Shown here piece after piece: positions 22,503 to 31,711 of a stretch of DNA of 32,000 bases. Within the stretch, counting starts at the first letter, position 1; every line of letters starts with the position of its first letter. The stretch covers positions 420,001-452,000 of the forward strand of contig CP061211.1 of the NCBI GenBank assembly GCA_026016245.1, in the 5' to 3' direction. Position numbers and translations under genes: made by a program. Origin of the DNA: Candidatus Pacearchaeota archaeon. Lineage in GTDB: Archaea > Nanobdellota > Nanobdellia > Pacearchaeales > UBA284. The notes under the pieces were generated by a model, which saw only the letters and a list, made by a program, of their open reading frames with translations, was not told the DNA's origin and did not search any database.

Positions 22503-22724
22503 ATGAAGGAAGTGCCGCAGTTAGTCATAGGTAGCATAATAAGAATAACAAAAGCAAAGAACAAGTCACTTAGAGGGATGGGAGGAAAAGTGATAGATGA
22601 GACAAAAAATTTACTCATCATCGAAACAAGAAAAGGAATAAAAAAAATAATTAAAGAGCAAATAGAATTTAAGATTGAAAATGAAAGAAAAGAAGAAAAA
22701 GGAAGAAGGAAGGAAGAAGGATAG
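22503..22724 (+). CDS. rnp1: RNase P protein component 1 (Rpp29/Pop4 family), short form
   Basis: SIIRITKAKNKSLRGMGGKVIDETKNLLIIETRKGIKKIIKE matches the v.V..S.n.s..G..G.vvdETkn.l.i pattern. It occupies the canonical position between SUI1 and S17. Confidence 0.8.
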   Translation: MKEVPQLVIGSIIRITKAKNKSLRGMGGKVIDETKNLLIIETRKGIKKIIKEQIEFKIENERKEEKGRRKEEG

Positions 22725-23019
22725 TGCGAAGTGTGATGACAAGAAATGTCCGATTCATGGCCAGTTAAGTATAAGAGGAAAATATTTTAAAGGAAGTGTT
22801 AAGAAAATAGTTGGCCAGAGAGCTGTTATTGAATTTAAGAGACTCATTTATGTGAAAAAATATGAACGTTTTTCCAAGGCATCCACAAAATTGCATGCTT
22901 ATCTACCCAAATGTTTGATTGAAAAAATAAATGTTGGAGATAGAGTAAAGATAGGCGAATGCAGGCCCTTGAACAAGATAATGCATTTTGCTGTAATTGA
23001 AAAAATAAAAGAAAAATAA
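22681..23019 (+). CDS. rps17: Ribosomal protein uS17
   Basis: CDDKKCPIHGQLSIRGKYFKGSVKK...KVGDRVKIGECRPL. The ATG at 22681 overlaps the rnp1 3' end by 44 nt. Confidence 0.92.
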   Translation: MKEKKKKEEGRKKDSAKCDDKKCPIHGQLSIRGKYFKGSVKKIVGQRAVIEFKRLIYVKKYERFSKASTKLHAYLPKCLIEKINVGDRVKIGECRPLNKIMHFAVIEKIKEK

Positions 23020-23020
23020 A

Positions 23021-23422
23021 ATGAAAGCAACAGCCGCAAGAATTGTGAAAGGAATCAATATAGGAGCGTTGATAAATGTCGCAGATAATAGTGGAGCAAA
23101 AATTGTAAGAATAATTGGAGTAAAAAGAGGCAAGGGCAGAAAGGGAAGGCAGATAGCTTGTGGTGTGGCAGATCTTGTGAGAGTCAGTGTTCGTAAAGGA
23201 ACTATTGCAGTACGTAAGCAGGTTTTTTTTGCTGTTGTAGTGAGGCAGAAAAAAGAATATAGAAGGAATACTGGTGAACGTATTAGTTTTTTTGATAATG
23301 CTGTGGTTATACTTAAAGATAAAGAAGGGAATCCAAAAGGAACCCAAATTAAAGGGCCTATTGCTAGAGAGGCTGCTGATAGGTGGCCTTTTGTGTCTAG
23401 AGTGGCAAATCTCATTGTTTAA
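23021..23422 (+). CDS. rpl14: Ribosomal protein uL14
   Basis: LINVADNSGAKIVRIIGV and the C-terminal ARVANLIV-like end. Confidence 0.95.
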   Translation: MKATAARIVKGINIGALINVADNSGAKIVRIIGVKRGKGRKGRQIACGVADLVRVSVRKGTIAVRKQVFFAVVVRQKKEYRRNTGERISFFDNAVVILKDKEGNPKGTQIKGPIAREAADRWPFVSRVANLIV

Positions 23423-23425
23423 AAA

Positions 23426-23818
23426 ATGAAACAAAAATTTTCACGGAAATGGAAGGCATCAAAACAGCCTAGAAAACAAAGAAAATACAAAGCCAAAGCT
23501 CCATTACACGTGAAACATAAAATGTTAGCTACTCATTTATCAAAAGAGCTTAGAAAGAAACACGGTAAAAGATCTATAACTTTAAGAAAGGATGATGTTG
23601 TTAAAATAATCCGTGGAACCTTCAAAGGAAAGCAAGGAAAAATTTCAATAGTCAACATGAAAAAAATAAGGGTTTATATTGAAGGGATACAAAGAACGAG
23701 AAAAGACGGGACAAAGGTCAATGTCCCATTTAATCCTTCAAACCTAATAATTGTAGAATTAAATTTAGATGATAAAAAAAGAAATAAAAAATTAAGGAGG
23801 AGAGAAGGAGAAAAATAA
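23426..23818 (+). CDS. rpl24: Ribosomal protein uL24
   Basis: KOW motif LRKDDVVKIIRGTFKGKQGKI; position. Confidence 0.93.
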   Translation: MKQKFSRKWKASKQPRKQRKYKAKAPLHVKHKMLATHLSKELRKKHGKRSITLRKDDVVKIIRGTFKGKQGKISIVNMKKIRVYIEGIQRTRKDGTKVNVPFNPSNLIIVELNLDDKKRNKKLRRREGEK

Positions 23819-23819
23819 A

Positions 23820-24482
23820 ATGCATCTTAAAAGAATAGCTATGCCAAGAAGTTGGCCACTTCCAAAGAAGGAAAGAACATTTATTGTAAAAGGTAGGGGT
23901 CCCCATCCTTCAAAGATGTCCCTTCCTCTACTAGTGGTTCTTAGAGACATAATAAAAGAGGCTAAAACAAGAAAGGAAGTTAAAAAAATATTGAGTGAAG
24001 GTCTAGTTCTTATTGATAATAGGGTTATAAAGGATGAAAAATTTAATGTGGGATTATTTGATAGAATTTATATTAAAAAGCTTGAAAAGGCATTCACTGT
24101 ACATCTAACAAAAAAAGGGAAACTTAAGATTCAGGAAATAAGCAAGGAAAAAGTTCATAAAAAACCTTGTAAAGTAGCTGGGAAAAAGATTCTTAAAAAA
24201 AATAAAGTGCAGATTAATTTACATGATGGCCGAAACTTGATAATAAAAGAGAAGGATATTAGGGTTGGGGGGAGTATAATTCTTGATCTAAAAACAAATA
24301 AAGCTACTGATTATTTGAAACTAGATAAGGGTTCTTTAGTATTGGTTATTGGTGGAAAACATACTGGAGATAATGGCAAAATTTCTGATATAGATGATAA
24401 AGTATCTGTGGTGATAGGGGAGAAAATATTCAAGATATCAAAGGAAAATGTATTTGTTATAGATAAGGGAGAATTAAAATGA
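23820..24482 (+). CDS. rps4e: Ribosomal protein eS4
   Basis: MHLKRIAMPRSWPLPKKERTFIVKGRGPH. Confidence 0.93.
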   Translation: MHLKRIAMPRSWPLPKKERTFIVKGRGPHPSKMSLPLLVVLRDIIKEAKTRKEVKKILSEGLVLIDNRVIKDEKFNVGLFDRIYIKKLEKAFTVHLTKKGKLKIQEISKEKVHKKPCKVAGKKILKKNKVQINLHDGRNLIIKEKDIRVGGSIILDLKTNKATDYLKLDKGSLVLVIGGKHTGDNGKISDIDDKVSVVIGEKIFKISKENVFVIDKGELK

Positions 24483-24982
24483 ATGAAGACAAAATGAGAG
24501 AGATTAAAATAGACAGTATAACATTGCACTGTTCAACATCAGACCCAGGAAAACTGGATAAATCTATAAAACTCCTGAAGTTGATTGCCAAGGCAACTCC
24601 TGTTAAAACACTGGCCAAGAAAAGGATCCCTGCATTCAAGATAAGGCCAGGACTGCCGATTGGTTGTAAGGTTACTGTTAGAAAAAATACTAATGAATTA
24701 TTGAAAATGTTATTTACAGGTATACCCTCCCTTAAAGATAAACAGTTCAATCCAGGCTTTTTAAGTTTTGGAGTAAAAGAGTATATTGAAATTACTTCGA
24801 TACCCTATCAAAGAGATATTGGAATAATAGGTTTTGATGTTGTTGTTAAATTAAAGAGGCCTGGTTTTAGAATAACACAGAGAAAAAGAACAAAAAGCAA
24901 GATAGGAAAAAAACATAGAATTACAAAGGTTGAAACAAAAGAATTTTTTGAAAAAAATTTTGAAATAAATATTGAAAAATAA
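24479..24982 (+). CDS. rpl5: Ribosomal protein uL5
   Basis: [18 protein letters not shown]...[12 protein letters not shown]. Confidence 0.93.
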   Translation: MNEDKMREIKIDSITLHCSTSDPGKLDKSIKLLKLIAKATPVKTLAKKRIPAFKIRPGLPIGCKVTVRKNTNELLKMLFTGIPSLKDKQFNPGFLSFGVKEYIEITSIPYQRDIGIIGFDVVVKLKRPGFRITQRKRTKSKIGKKHRITKVETKEFFEKNFEINIEK

Positions 24983-24983
24983 A

Positions 24984-25214
24984 ATGACAGCAAGCGATTG
25001 GAGAAAAATATTGAAGCAACTGGAAAATAAGCCAGCAATAAAAGCTCGCTTTTTGAAATTTTGTAAGCCAAAGGACCGTAAGTTTGGAATTGCGGCGCGT
25101 AAATGTGTAAGGTGTGGAAGATATGGAGCACACATCAAAAAATATGATCTCCATCTCTGCAGACAATGTTTCAGAGAAATAGCTAAAGAAATTGGTTTTA
25201 AAAAATATATGTAA
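24984..25214 (+). CDS. rps14: Ribosomal protein uS14 (zinc type) with an N-terminal extension of about 20 aa
   Basis: [44 protein letters not shown] prefer the ATG at 24984 to the TTG at 24972. Confidence 0.9.
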   Translation: MTASDWRKILKQLENKPAIKARFLKFCKPKDRKFGIAARKCVRCGRYGAHIKKYDLHLCRQCFREIAKEIGFKKYM

Positions 25215-25216
25215 AA

Positions 25217-25603
25217 ATGGTAGTTAGAGACTGGCTTTCGGCGATGCTGAATGATTTAATGAATTGCAAAAAAGCTGGAAAGAAAGAAACTATAGCGATG
25301 CCTGTATCCAACTTGATGTTGGGGGTATTAAAAATATTAAAGGATGAAGGGTATATTGAAGATTTCAATATAGTGGAGGATAAGTTTAAGCATGTTTTAA
25401 TAAAAATCAAAAAAATAAACAAGTGTGGGGCAATAAAGCCCAGATTTTTTGTGAAAAAAAAGGAGTTTGATAAGTATATTAAGAGATACCTTCCTGCAAG
25501 AGGTTTTGGGATACTCATAGTTTCTACGAATAAAGGTTTGATTACCCATCGTGAGGCTATAGAAAAGAATATTGGAGGAAGCTTGATAGCTTACTGTTAT
25601 TAA
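25217..25603 (+). CDS. rps8: Ribosomal protein uS8
   Basis: LKILKDEGYIEDF...GILIVSTNKGLITHREA...GGSLIAYCY. Confidence 0.95.
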   Translation: MVVRDWLSAMLNDLMNCKKAGKKETIAMPVSNLMLGVLKILKDEGYIEDFNIVEDKFKHVLIKIKKINKCGAIKPRFFVKKKEFDKYIKRYLPARGFGILIVSTNKGLITHREAIEKNIGGSLIAYCY

Positions 25604-25604
25604 A

Positions 25605-26162
25605 ATGAAAAAGAAAATAACAAAAATAATCAAGATACCAGAAAAAACAGAAATAAAACTAGAACTTCCGAAAATAGTTGTTAGTGGCCCTCTTGGAAGT
25701 ATTGAGAAAAAATTCAAATTTAAAAGAATACAGATAAAAAAGGAAAATAATGAGATGATAATTGAACATGAAAAAGCCACAAAAAAAGATAAAAAAATAA
25801 TAAATACGATGGCAAGTCTTGTTGAAAGTATGATTAGGGGGGTTAATGAGGGTTATGAGTATAAACTCCAAATATGCTCAACACATTTTCCTATAAGTGT
25901 CAAAATAGACAAGGAAAAAAATCTCTTGGTTATAAAGAATTTTCTTGGTGAGAATAAAGATAGGATAGTGAGATTACTCCCCGAAGTGGATATAAAGATA
26001 CAGGGAGATATCATATCTATAAATTCAGTAAATAAAGAACTAGCTGGACAGCAGGCAGCAGATATTGAAGTTGTTTCAAGAATCAAAAGACGTGATAGGA
26101 GAGTTTTCCAAGATGGAATATGGATAATTAAAAAAGAAAAAGGAAGACCAAAATCAAAATGA
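25605..26162 (+). CDS. rpl6: Ribosomal protein uL6
   Basis: Two-domain uL6 pattern (VVSGPLGSIEKKF...GYEYKLQICSTHFPISV...); position. Confidence 0.93.
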   Translation: MKKKITKIIKIPEKTEIKLELPKIVVSGPLGSIEKKFKFKRIQIKKENNEMIIEHEKATKKDKKIINTMASLVESMIRGVNEGYEYKLQICSTHFPISVKIDKEKNLLVIKNFLGENKDRIVRLLPEVDIKIQGDIISINSVNKELAGQQAADIEVVSRIKRRDRRVFQDGIWIIKKEKGRPKSK

Positions 26163-26767
26163 TAAAGAAAAAGCCCAGATTTTTGAGAAAAGACACTTTC
26201 AAGAAATCAAGATTAGGGAAAAGAAAGAAAAAAAAACAGATATGGAGAAGGCCTATAGGTAGGCATAGCAAAATAAGGGAAAAAAGAAGGGGTTATGGGA
26301 AACAGCCATCAATAGGTTATAGTTCCCCACGTAAAATCAGAGGCTCTATGAGGGGATTGAAACCTGTATTAATTTATTCTCCCAAAGATATTAATGAAAT
26401 TAAAAAAAATGAAATTGTTATTGTGGGCAAGGTTGGTAAAAAAAGAAAAATAGATATCGCTAAGAAAGCTCTTGAGAAAAAGATTATTCTTTCAAATCTA
26501 AATGCTCAAAAATTCATAAGGAAAATTGAGGCAGAAAAGAAAAAGAAAGAAGAATTAAGGAAGAAAAGAAAAGTGGAAGAAAAGAAAAAAGAGGAAAAGA
26601 AAACAAAAGAAACAAAGGAAGTGAAAAAAGAAGAAAAGAAGGAGGAAAAGGAAAAAGGAAAAATCCTGCGTAAGGAAACAAAAAAAGAAAAGCCAGAAGT
26701 AAAAATTAAGCCAAAAGGAGGGCCTAAAGAAAAAAAAGAAATGTTTAGAAAGGCGCTTGAAAAATGA
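26159..26767 (+). CDS. rpl32e: Ribosomal protein eL32 with a Lys/Glu-rich C-terminal extension of about 75 aa
   Basis: PRFLRKDTFKKSRLGK..WRRPIGRHSKIR..GYSSPRKIRG is the eL32 core. The tail contains KKKEEKKTKETKEVKKEEKKEEKEK. Confidence 0.92.
   Translation: MIKKKPRFLRKDTFKKSRLGKRKKKKQIWRRPIGRHSKIREKRRGYGKQPSIGYSSPRKIRGSMRGLKPVLIYSPKDINEIKKNEIVIVGKVGKKRKIDIAKKALEKKIILSNLNAQKFIRKIEAEKKKKEELRKKRKVEEKKKEEKKTKETKEVKKEEKKEEKEKGKILRKETKKEKPEVKIKPKGGPKEKKEMFRKALEK
26580..26650 (+). repeat. Lys/Glu-coding module, copy 2 (in the eL32 tail)
   Basis: See copy 1 at 21100-21170. The two share 61 nt with 1 mismatch, in the same reading frame. Confidence 0.85.
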
Positions 26768-27192
26768 AAACACTAGCTTTACAAAAAAGACTTGCAGCTG
26801 CCGTACTTAAAGTTGGACAGAATAAGGTATGGTTTGATCCTTCTATGATTAGTGAGATTCGGGAAGCTATCACAAAAGAGGATATAAAGGCTCTGATAAA
26901 GGAAAAAGCAATTAAGAAAAAACCTATCATTGGAGTTAAAAGGAGAGCTGGTAAAAAAAGACAGAAAAGGAAGAGAAAGGGAAGGGGCAGAGGAGCTGGA
27001 AGAAAAAGAAAGATTGTGAAAAAAAGGAAAAAAGAATATATGATAAAAATAAGAAATCTGCGCTCTTATATTCATGAACTAAAATTAGGAGGAAAAATAG
27101 ATTCAAAAGAAAGCAGAAAATTAAGGAGGCTTGCAAAAGCTGGCGTATTCAAATCTAAAAAAGATATTAAAGAAAAGGTAAAAATAAGATGA
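26764..27192 (+). CDS. rpl19e: Ribosomal protein eL19
   Basis: LALQKRLAAAVLKVGQNKVWFDP. Confidence 0.93.
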   Translation: MKTLALQKRLAAAVLKVGQNKVWFDPSMISEIREAITKEDIKALIKEKAIKKKPIIGVKRRAGKKRQKRKRKGRGRGAGRKRKIVKKRKKEYMIKIRNLRSYIHELKLGGKIDSKESRKLRRLAKAGVFKSKKDIKEKVKIR

Positions 27193-27689
27193 AAAGAAAA
27201 TTCGCTAAAGTAACATTCAGGAGAAGACATGAAGGAAAAACAGATTATAAAGCAAGAGCTACTCTCCTTAAATCTAAAGAACCCAGATTGATTATAAGAA
27301 AAACAGATAAGTACATCATTGCACAAATCGTGAAAAGTAAGGAAGCTCAAGATTCAACTGTGTGTTATGCTAACTCAAAAGAATTAGGTAGGCTGGGATG
27401 GGATTTAAGTTTCAAAAATATCCCTGCTTCATATTTAACAGGGCTTTTGATAGCTAAAAAGGCTAAGGAGAAAGGAATAAAGAAAGCGATAATTGACATC
27501 GGCCTTTATAGGTCTATTAAGGGCTCAAAACTATATGCTGTTGTTAAGGGGGCATTAGATGGCGGATTAGATATCCCACATGAAGAGAAAATGATACCAA
27601 AGGAGGAAAGAATAAAAGGCTCTCATGCCAAAAATGCTGAAAAAATAAATAAGATATTTAATGAAATAAGAGAAAAATTAAAGGGATAA
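27189..27689 (+). CDS. rpl18: Ribosomal protein uL18
   Basis: FRRRHEGKTDYKARATLLKS..PRLIIRKT.KYIIAQIV. Confidence 0.93.
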   Translation: MKRKFAKVTFRRRHEGKTDYKARATLLKSKEPRLIIRKTDKYIIAQIVKSKEAQDSTVCYANSKELGRLGWDLSFKNIPASYLTGLLIAKKAKEKGIKKAIIDIGLYRSIKGSKLYAVVKGALDGGLDIPHEEKMIPKEERIKGSHAKNAEKINKIFNEIREKLKG

Positions 27690-27690
27690 A

Positions 27691-28521
27691 ATGTCAAGAG
27701 CTGGAAAAAAGGAAAAGGAAAGAGAAGTTAAAAGAATAGAGAAAGAACGTGAAGGTCAACAAGCCAAAGTAGAAGAGAGAATAGAAACAAAAGTAAAAGA
27801 GGAAGTGATGAAGAAGGAGGAGAAAAAGGAAGAAATTAAGCAGGTTAGAAGATCAGCAAGGAGGGAGAGAGAAAGAAAGAGCACTTTGGTTAGTTGGGTG
27901 CCTAGAACCCAACTTGGTAGAGATGTAAAACAAGGAAAAATTAAAAATATAAATGAAATTTTTGAAAAAAATTTAAAGATTCTAGAACCACAGATTGTTG
28001 ACTTCCTAATCCCAGAACTTGATTCAGACCTATTACGTATCGGACAAGCTAAAGGCAAGTTTGGTGGTGGAAAAAGACGCCCTTGGAGACAAACACAGAA
28101 AAAAACTTCGGAAGGAAATGTCCCAAGTTTTGCATGCATGGCTGTTGTTGGAGATAAGAAAGGATATGTTGGTTTAGGTCATGGTAAAGCAAAAGAAACT
28201 GTGCCCTCAAAGCAAAAAGCTCTAGCTAAAGCAAAGGTAAATTTAATTCGTGTCAGGAGAGGCTGTGGAAGTTTTGAGTGCGTTTGTAATGAACCACACA
28301 GCATTCCTTTTGTTACGGAAGGAAAAAGTGGAAGTTCTAGAATAAAACTAATGCCTGCACCAAAAGGAACAGGACTAGTTATTGATGATGAATGTAAAAA
28401 AATTCTAAGATTAGCAGGAATAAAAGATGTTTATAGCAAGACTTTTGGACAGACAAAAACAAAATTCAATCTAGCTAAAGCATGTATGATAGCTTTGGAA
28501 AAATTAGGCGGATATATTTAA
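27691..28521 (+). CDS. rps5: Ribosomal protein uS5 with a Lys/Glu-rich N-terminal extension of about 65 aa
   Basis: Core WVPRTQLGRDVKQGKI...FACMAVVGDKKGYVGLGHGKAKE...APKGTGLV. Confidence 0.93.
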   Translation: MSRAGKKEKEREVKRIEKEREGQQAKVEERIETKVKEEVMKKEEKKEEIKQVRRSARRERERKSTLVSWVPRTQLGRDVKQGKIKNINEIFEKNLKILEPQIVDFLIPELDSDLLRIGQAKGKFGGGKRRPWRQTQKKTSEGNVPSFACMAVVGDKKGYVGLGHGKAKETVPSKQKALAKAKVNLIRVRRGCGSFECVCNEPHSIPFVTEGKSGSSRIKLMPAPKGTGLVIDDECKKILRLAGIKDVYSKTFGQTKTKFNLAKACMIALEKLGGYI

Positions 28522-28526
28522 AGAAA

Positions 28527-28964
28527 ATGGTAAAAATAATTGTTATCAGAATGAGGGGCATGGTGAATGTAGCCCCAGATGTGAAAAAAACTTTGGATAT
28601 GCTGAGACTGAGGAAAAAATTTTCTTGTGTGATAGTTGATGACAACCCAGAAACTATTGGCAAGCTAAAAAAAGTGCAAAATTATGCTTCTTATGGCCCT
28701 ATAAAGGAAAATACAATAAAACAATTGATTCTAAAGAGAGCAAAACTTCCAGGAAATAAACCATTTAAAGATGAAAAAAAAGTAGAGGGTTTTGTTAAAG
28801 ATTTTATTGAAGGAAAAAAGAATATGAAAGAATTGGGAATAAAACCTTTCTTTAGATTACATCCTCCAAGAGGAGGATTTAAGAGAGAAACTAGAAAATT
28901 ATTCCCTAAAGGTATCTTGGGGAATAATAAAGAAATAAATAAACTTGTTTTGAAAATGTTGTAA
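28527..28964 (+). CDS. rpl30: Ribosomal protein uL30
   Basis: VIRMRGMVNVAPDVKKTLDMLRLRKKFSCVIV. The ATG at 28527 follows the rps5 stop, whereas the track start at 28482 overlaps rps5. Confidence 0.9.
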   Translation: MVKIIVIRMRGMVNVAPDVKKTLDMLRLRKKFSCVIVDDNPETIGKLKKVQNYASYGPIKENTIKQLILKRAKLPGNKPFKDEKKVEGFVKDFIEGKKNMKELGIKPFFRLHPPRGGFKRETRKLFPKGILGNNKEINKLVLKML

Positions 28965-28965
28965 G

Positions 28966-29406
28966 ATGAAAAAGAAAAGATCCAAGCGTTCAAGATTGAG
29001 AGGAAGGAGAAGTTGTGGTTATGGAGCTAGAAAAAAACACAGAGGCAAGGGAAGTAAAGGTGGTAAAGGAATGGCTGGGACTGGAAAAAGAGCAGGACAG
29101 AAAAGAACATGGGTTTTAAAGTACGACCCAGATCACTTTGGTAAAAGGGGCTTTACAAGTTTAAAAAAAATAAGAAGGAAAAAGATGAAAACAATAAACT
29201 TTTCACAAATTCAAGATCAGATTGATAGTTTAATGAAAAAAGGTTTGGGAAAAAAGACTGCTGAAGGAATAGAGCTTAATTTGAAGAATTATAAAGTTTT
29301 GGCAGGAGGGGATTTGGAAGATAAATTTATAATCAAAGCATCCTCATTCTCTAAAAAAGTTGAGGAAAAAATAAAAACATCGGGTAGCAAAATCATGAAG
29401 ATATAA
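28966..29406 (+). CDS. rpl15: Ribosomal protein uL15
   Basis: RGRRSCGYGARKKHRGKGSKGGKGMAG. Confidence 0.92.
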   Translation: MKKKRSKRSRLRGRRSCGYGARKKHRGKGSKGGKGMAGTGKRAGQKRTWVLKYDPDHFGKRGFTSLKKIRRKKMKTINFSQIQDQIDSLMKKGLGKKTAEGIELNLKNYKVLAGGDLEDKFIIKASSFSKKVEEKIKTSGSKIMKI

Positions 29407-30779
29407 TGTCTTTTAAAAATTTATTAGCAAATTTGCCAGAAGTCAAGGGGCCTGAAGAGAAAAAGCTTAGTTTTGGTAAAAAACTTAAGTGGACCCTCAT
29501 AATTCTGATAGCTTTCTTTGTCTTATCTAATATTCCTCTTTATGGCTTGTCTGAGAATGCATTGAGCAGATTTGAATACCTTTCTATCATCTTAGGGGCA
29601 AGTTTTGGTTCTTTAATGAGCTTAGGTATAGGACCTATCGTGACTGCATCCATTGTTTTACAACTTTTGGTAGGTTCGGGTATCTTGAATATAGATATGA
29701 CAAGTACTGAAGGAAAGAAATATTTTCAAGGTTTGCAGAAAGTCTTGGCAATCTCATTTGCTATATTTGAGGCTGTTATTTATGTTATGATGAAAGGGCT
29801 GCAAGCAACCCCTGGTCTCGAATGGCTTTTAATTTTCCAACTTTTCTTGGGTGGAATGTTGATCATTTTTATGGATGAAGTGATTAGTAAGTGGGGTTTT
29901 GGAAATGGTGTTGGTCTTTTCATTGTAGGAGGAGTGGCATGGCAGCTTATTGTTAGAGCATTCAGTTTCTTAGGACCTGAAAAAACAATACAGCCAGTTG
30001 GTAAAATTCCTGTGCTTATTGTTTCTATAATAAATGCTGATACTATTGGGGCATTAGCAGCATTCGTAGCTATTGCAGCCACAATTATTATATTCATTAT
30101 AGTTGTTTATACCCAAGCAATAAAAGTTGAAGTTCCGCTCTCGTTTGGAAGGGTTCGTGGTTTTGGTATTAGATGGCCTCTTGCTTTCTTTTACACTAGT
30201 GTTATTCCTGTTATTTTAACAGCTGCACTTCATGCAAACATAAATCTTATGGCCACTCTAGCAGAAAGAGTAGCTGGCTATGCAACTTTCCTTGGGGGTT
30301 TTAGTCCTGAAGGTATTCCAATAAGTGGTCTAGCATTCTGGTTCAGTGCACCGCCAGCAGGAATTATTGAGCATATAATAAAAGGATCATTTATGCCAGT
30401 TATGATATGGCAATCTTTAATGTATATCTTATTTATGGTTGCTGGCTCTGTAATGTTCTCCATTTTCTGGATGAAAACATCTGGAATGGATGCAGCAAGC
30501 CAGGCTCGACAGATATCATCTTCAGGATTACAAATTCCAGGATTCAGAAGAGATAATAGAGTTATAGAAAGCATTTTATCAAGATATATCCTGCCTTTAA
30601 CAGTCATGGGAGGTGCAGCAGTAGGCTTATTAGCAGCTTTATCAGATGTGACTGGAGCTTTAGTTAGGGGGACTGGTATATTACTTAGTGTTATGATAAT
30701 TTATCGTTTATATGAAGAAATTGCCCAACAGCATGCTCTTGATATGCATCCTCTTGCAAGAAAATTTATTGCAACATAG
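29406..30779 (+). CDS. secY: Preprotein translocase subunit SecY
   Basis: A polytopic membrane protein of 457 aa in the canonical position after rpl15, with a typical SecY N-terminus and a plug and hinge region. Confidence 0.93.
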   Translation: MSFKNLLANLPEVKGPEEKKLSFGKKLKWTLIILIAFFVLSNIPLYGLSENALSRFEYLSIILGASFGSLMSLGIGPIVTASIVLQLLVGSGILNIDMTSTEGKKYFQGLQKVLAISFAIFEAVIYVMMKGLQATPGLEWLLIFQLFLGGMLIIFMDEVISKWGFGNGVGLFIVGGVAWQLIVRAFSFLGPEKTIQPVGKIPVLIVSIINADTIGALAAFVAIAATIIIFIIVVYTQAIKVEVPLSFGRVRGFGIRWPLAFFYTSVIPVILTAALHANINLMATLAERVAGYATFLGGFSPEGIPISGLAFWFSAPPAGIIEHIIKGSFMPVMIWQSLMYILFMVAGSVMFSIFWMKTSGMDAASQARQISSSGLQIPGFRRDNRVIESILSRYILPLTVMGGAAVGLLAALSDVTGALVRGTGILLSVMIIYRLYEEIAQQHALDMHPLARKFIAT

Positions 30780-30834
30780 CATAAGATTTAAATAAAACAA
30801 AATAAAAATTAGAAGATAAGATAGATAAAATAAA

Positions 30835-31287
30835 ATGAGTATATTTGTGGATTTTGTTCAGTGGAGCCCTTTAGCTAGCATAATCATATTTGCTTTTGTA
30901 ATAACATTCATCCTCACATTTCTGTATAAAAAATTGATCAATAAAAAAAAGATGGACGAACTAAAAGAAAAACAGAAAGAAGCAAAAGAAAAAATAAAAG
31001 AATATAAGGGTAATCCTGAAAAAATGGCAGAAATTCAGAAAGAGATGATGGAGGCAAGCATGCAGAGTATGAAATTAACCCTAAAACCCATGTTAATCAC
31101 ATTCCTTCCCTTATTACTTATATTTTATGGGCTTAAAATTTTATATATGGATGCTGTAAAGGTTGGAAATATTATAGAATGGGGGACTAATCTTCCCATA
31201 ATTGGAAATGGTGCAGGTTGGCTTCTTTGTTATATTGTTTTTGGTTTTGTCTTTAGTCTGATTTTACGCAAATTATTCAAAATATAA
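30835..31287 (+). CDS. DUF106 / EMC3-TMCO1-like membrane protein (archaeal Oxa1/YidC-superfamily insertase candidate)
   Basis: Three hydrophobic segments with a cytosolic coiled-coil, KKMDELKEKQKEAKEKIKEY..PEKMAEIQKEMMEASMQSMKLTLKPML, which is typical of DUF106. It lies in the conserved neighbourhood downstream of secY. Confidence 0.6.
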   Translation: MSIFVDFVQWSPLASIIIFAFVITFILTFLYKKLINKKKMDELKEKQKEAKEKIKEYKGNPEKMAEIQKEMMEASMQSMKLTLKPMLITFLPLLLIFYGLKILYMDAVKVGNIIEWGTNLPIIGNGAGWLLCYIVFGFVFSLILRKLFKI

Positions 31288-31288
31288 G

Positions 31289-31711
31289 ATGGATAAAGAA
31301 AATAAAGAATTTGAGAAAAAGATAATTGAGTTTAATATTCTTGATGCTAGAATTAGGGAGTTAGAGCAAAATATAGTTCTTTTGGAAAAACAAATTACAG
31401 AGATACAGAATTGTCAACTATCTCTAGATGAACTTAAGAACACAAAGGAAGGAACTGAAACATTTTCATCCATTAGTCCAGGAATCCTCGTGAAATCTAA
31501 ACTATTGGATAATTCAGAAGTTATGATGGATGTTGGAGCCAAAATTTTCTGTAAAAAAAGTGTTGATGGAGCTAAAGAAATAATACAGAAAAGATTAGAT
31601 CAGGCTCTTGAAATTCATAAAAAACTATCTGAGGAGATAACTCTATTATTACAGGAAATAACTAAGTTAGAGAAGGAGATAAGAGAAAAACAATTAAAAT
31701 CTATTTCTTAA
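31289..31711 (+). CDS. pfdA: Prefoldin alpha subunit
   Basis: Coiled-coil, then two beta hairpins (ILVKSKLLDNSEVMMDVGAKIFCKKSVDGA), then coiled-coil. 140 aa. Confidence 0.75.
   Translation: MDKENKEFEKKIIEFNILDARIRELEQNIVLLEKQITEIQNCQLSLDELKNTKEGTETFSSISPGILVKSKLLDNSEVMMDVGAKIFCKKSVDGAKEIIQKRLDQALEIHKKLSEEITLLLQEITKLEKEIREKQLKSIS

Noticed and set aside
22844-23434. Long antisense ORFs across the ribosomal protein operon (for example 22844..23434, 22903..23415, 24808..25166, 25198..25780, 26555..27350, 27756..28139 and 28691..28993, all minus strand)
   Set aside because: They lie opposite confidently identified ribosomal protein genes. Their Phe/Leu/Ser-rich low-complexity translations are the mirror image of Lys/Glu/Arg-rich sense frames. 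No family resemblance was seen.
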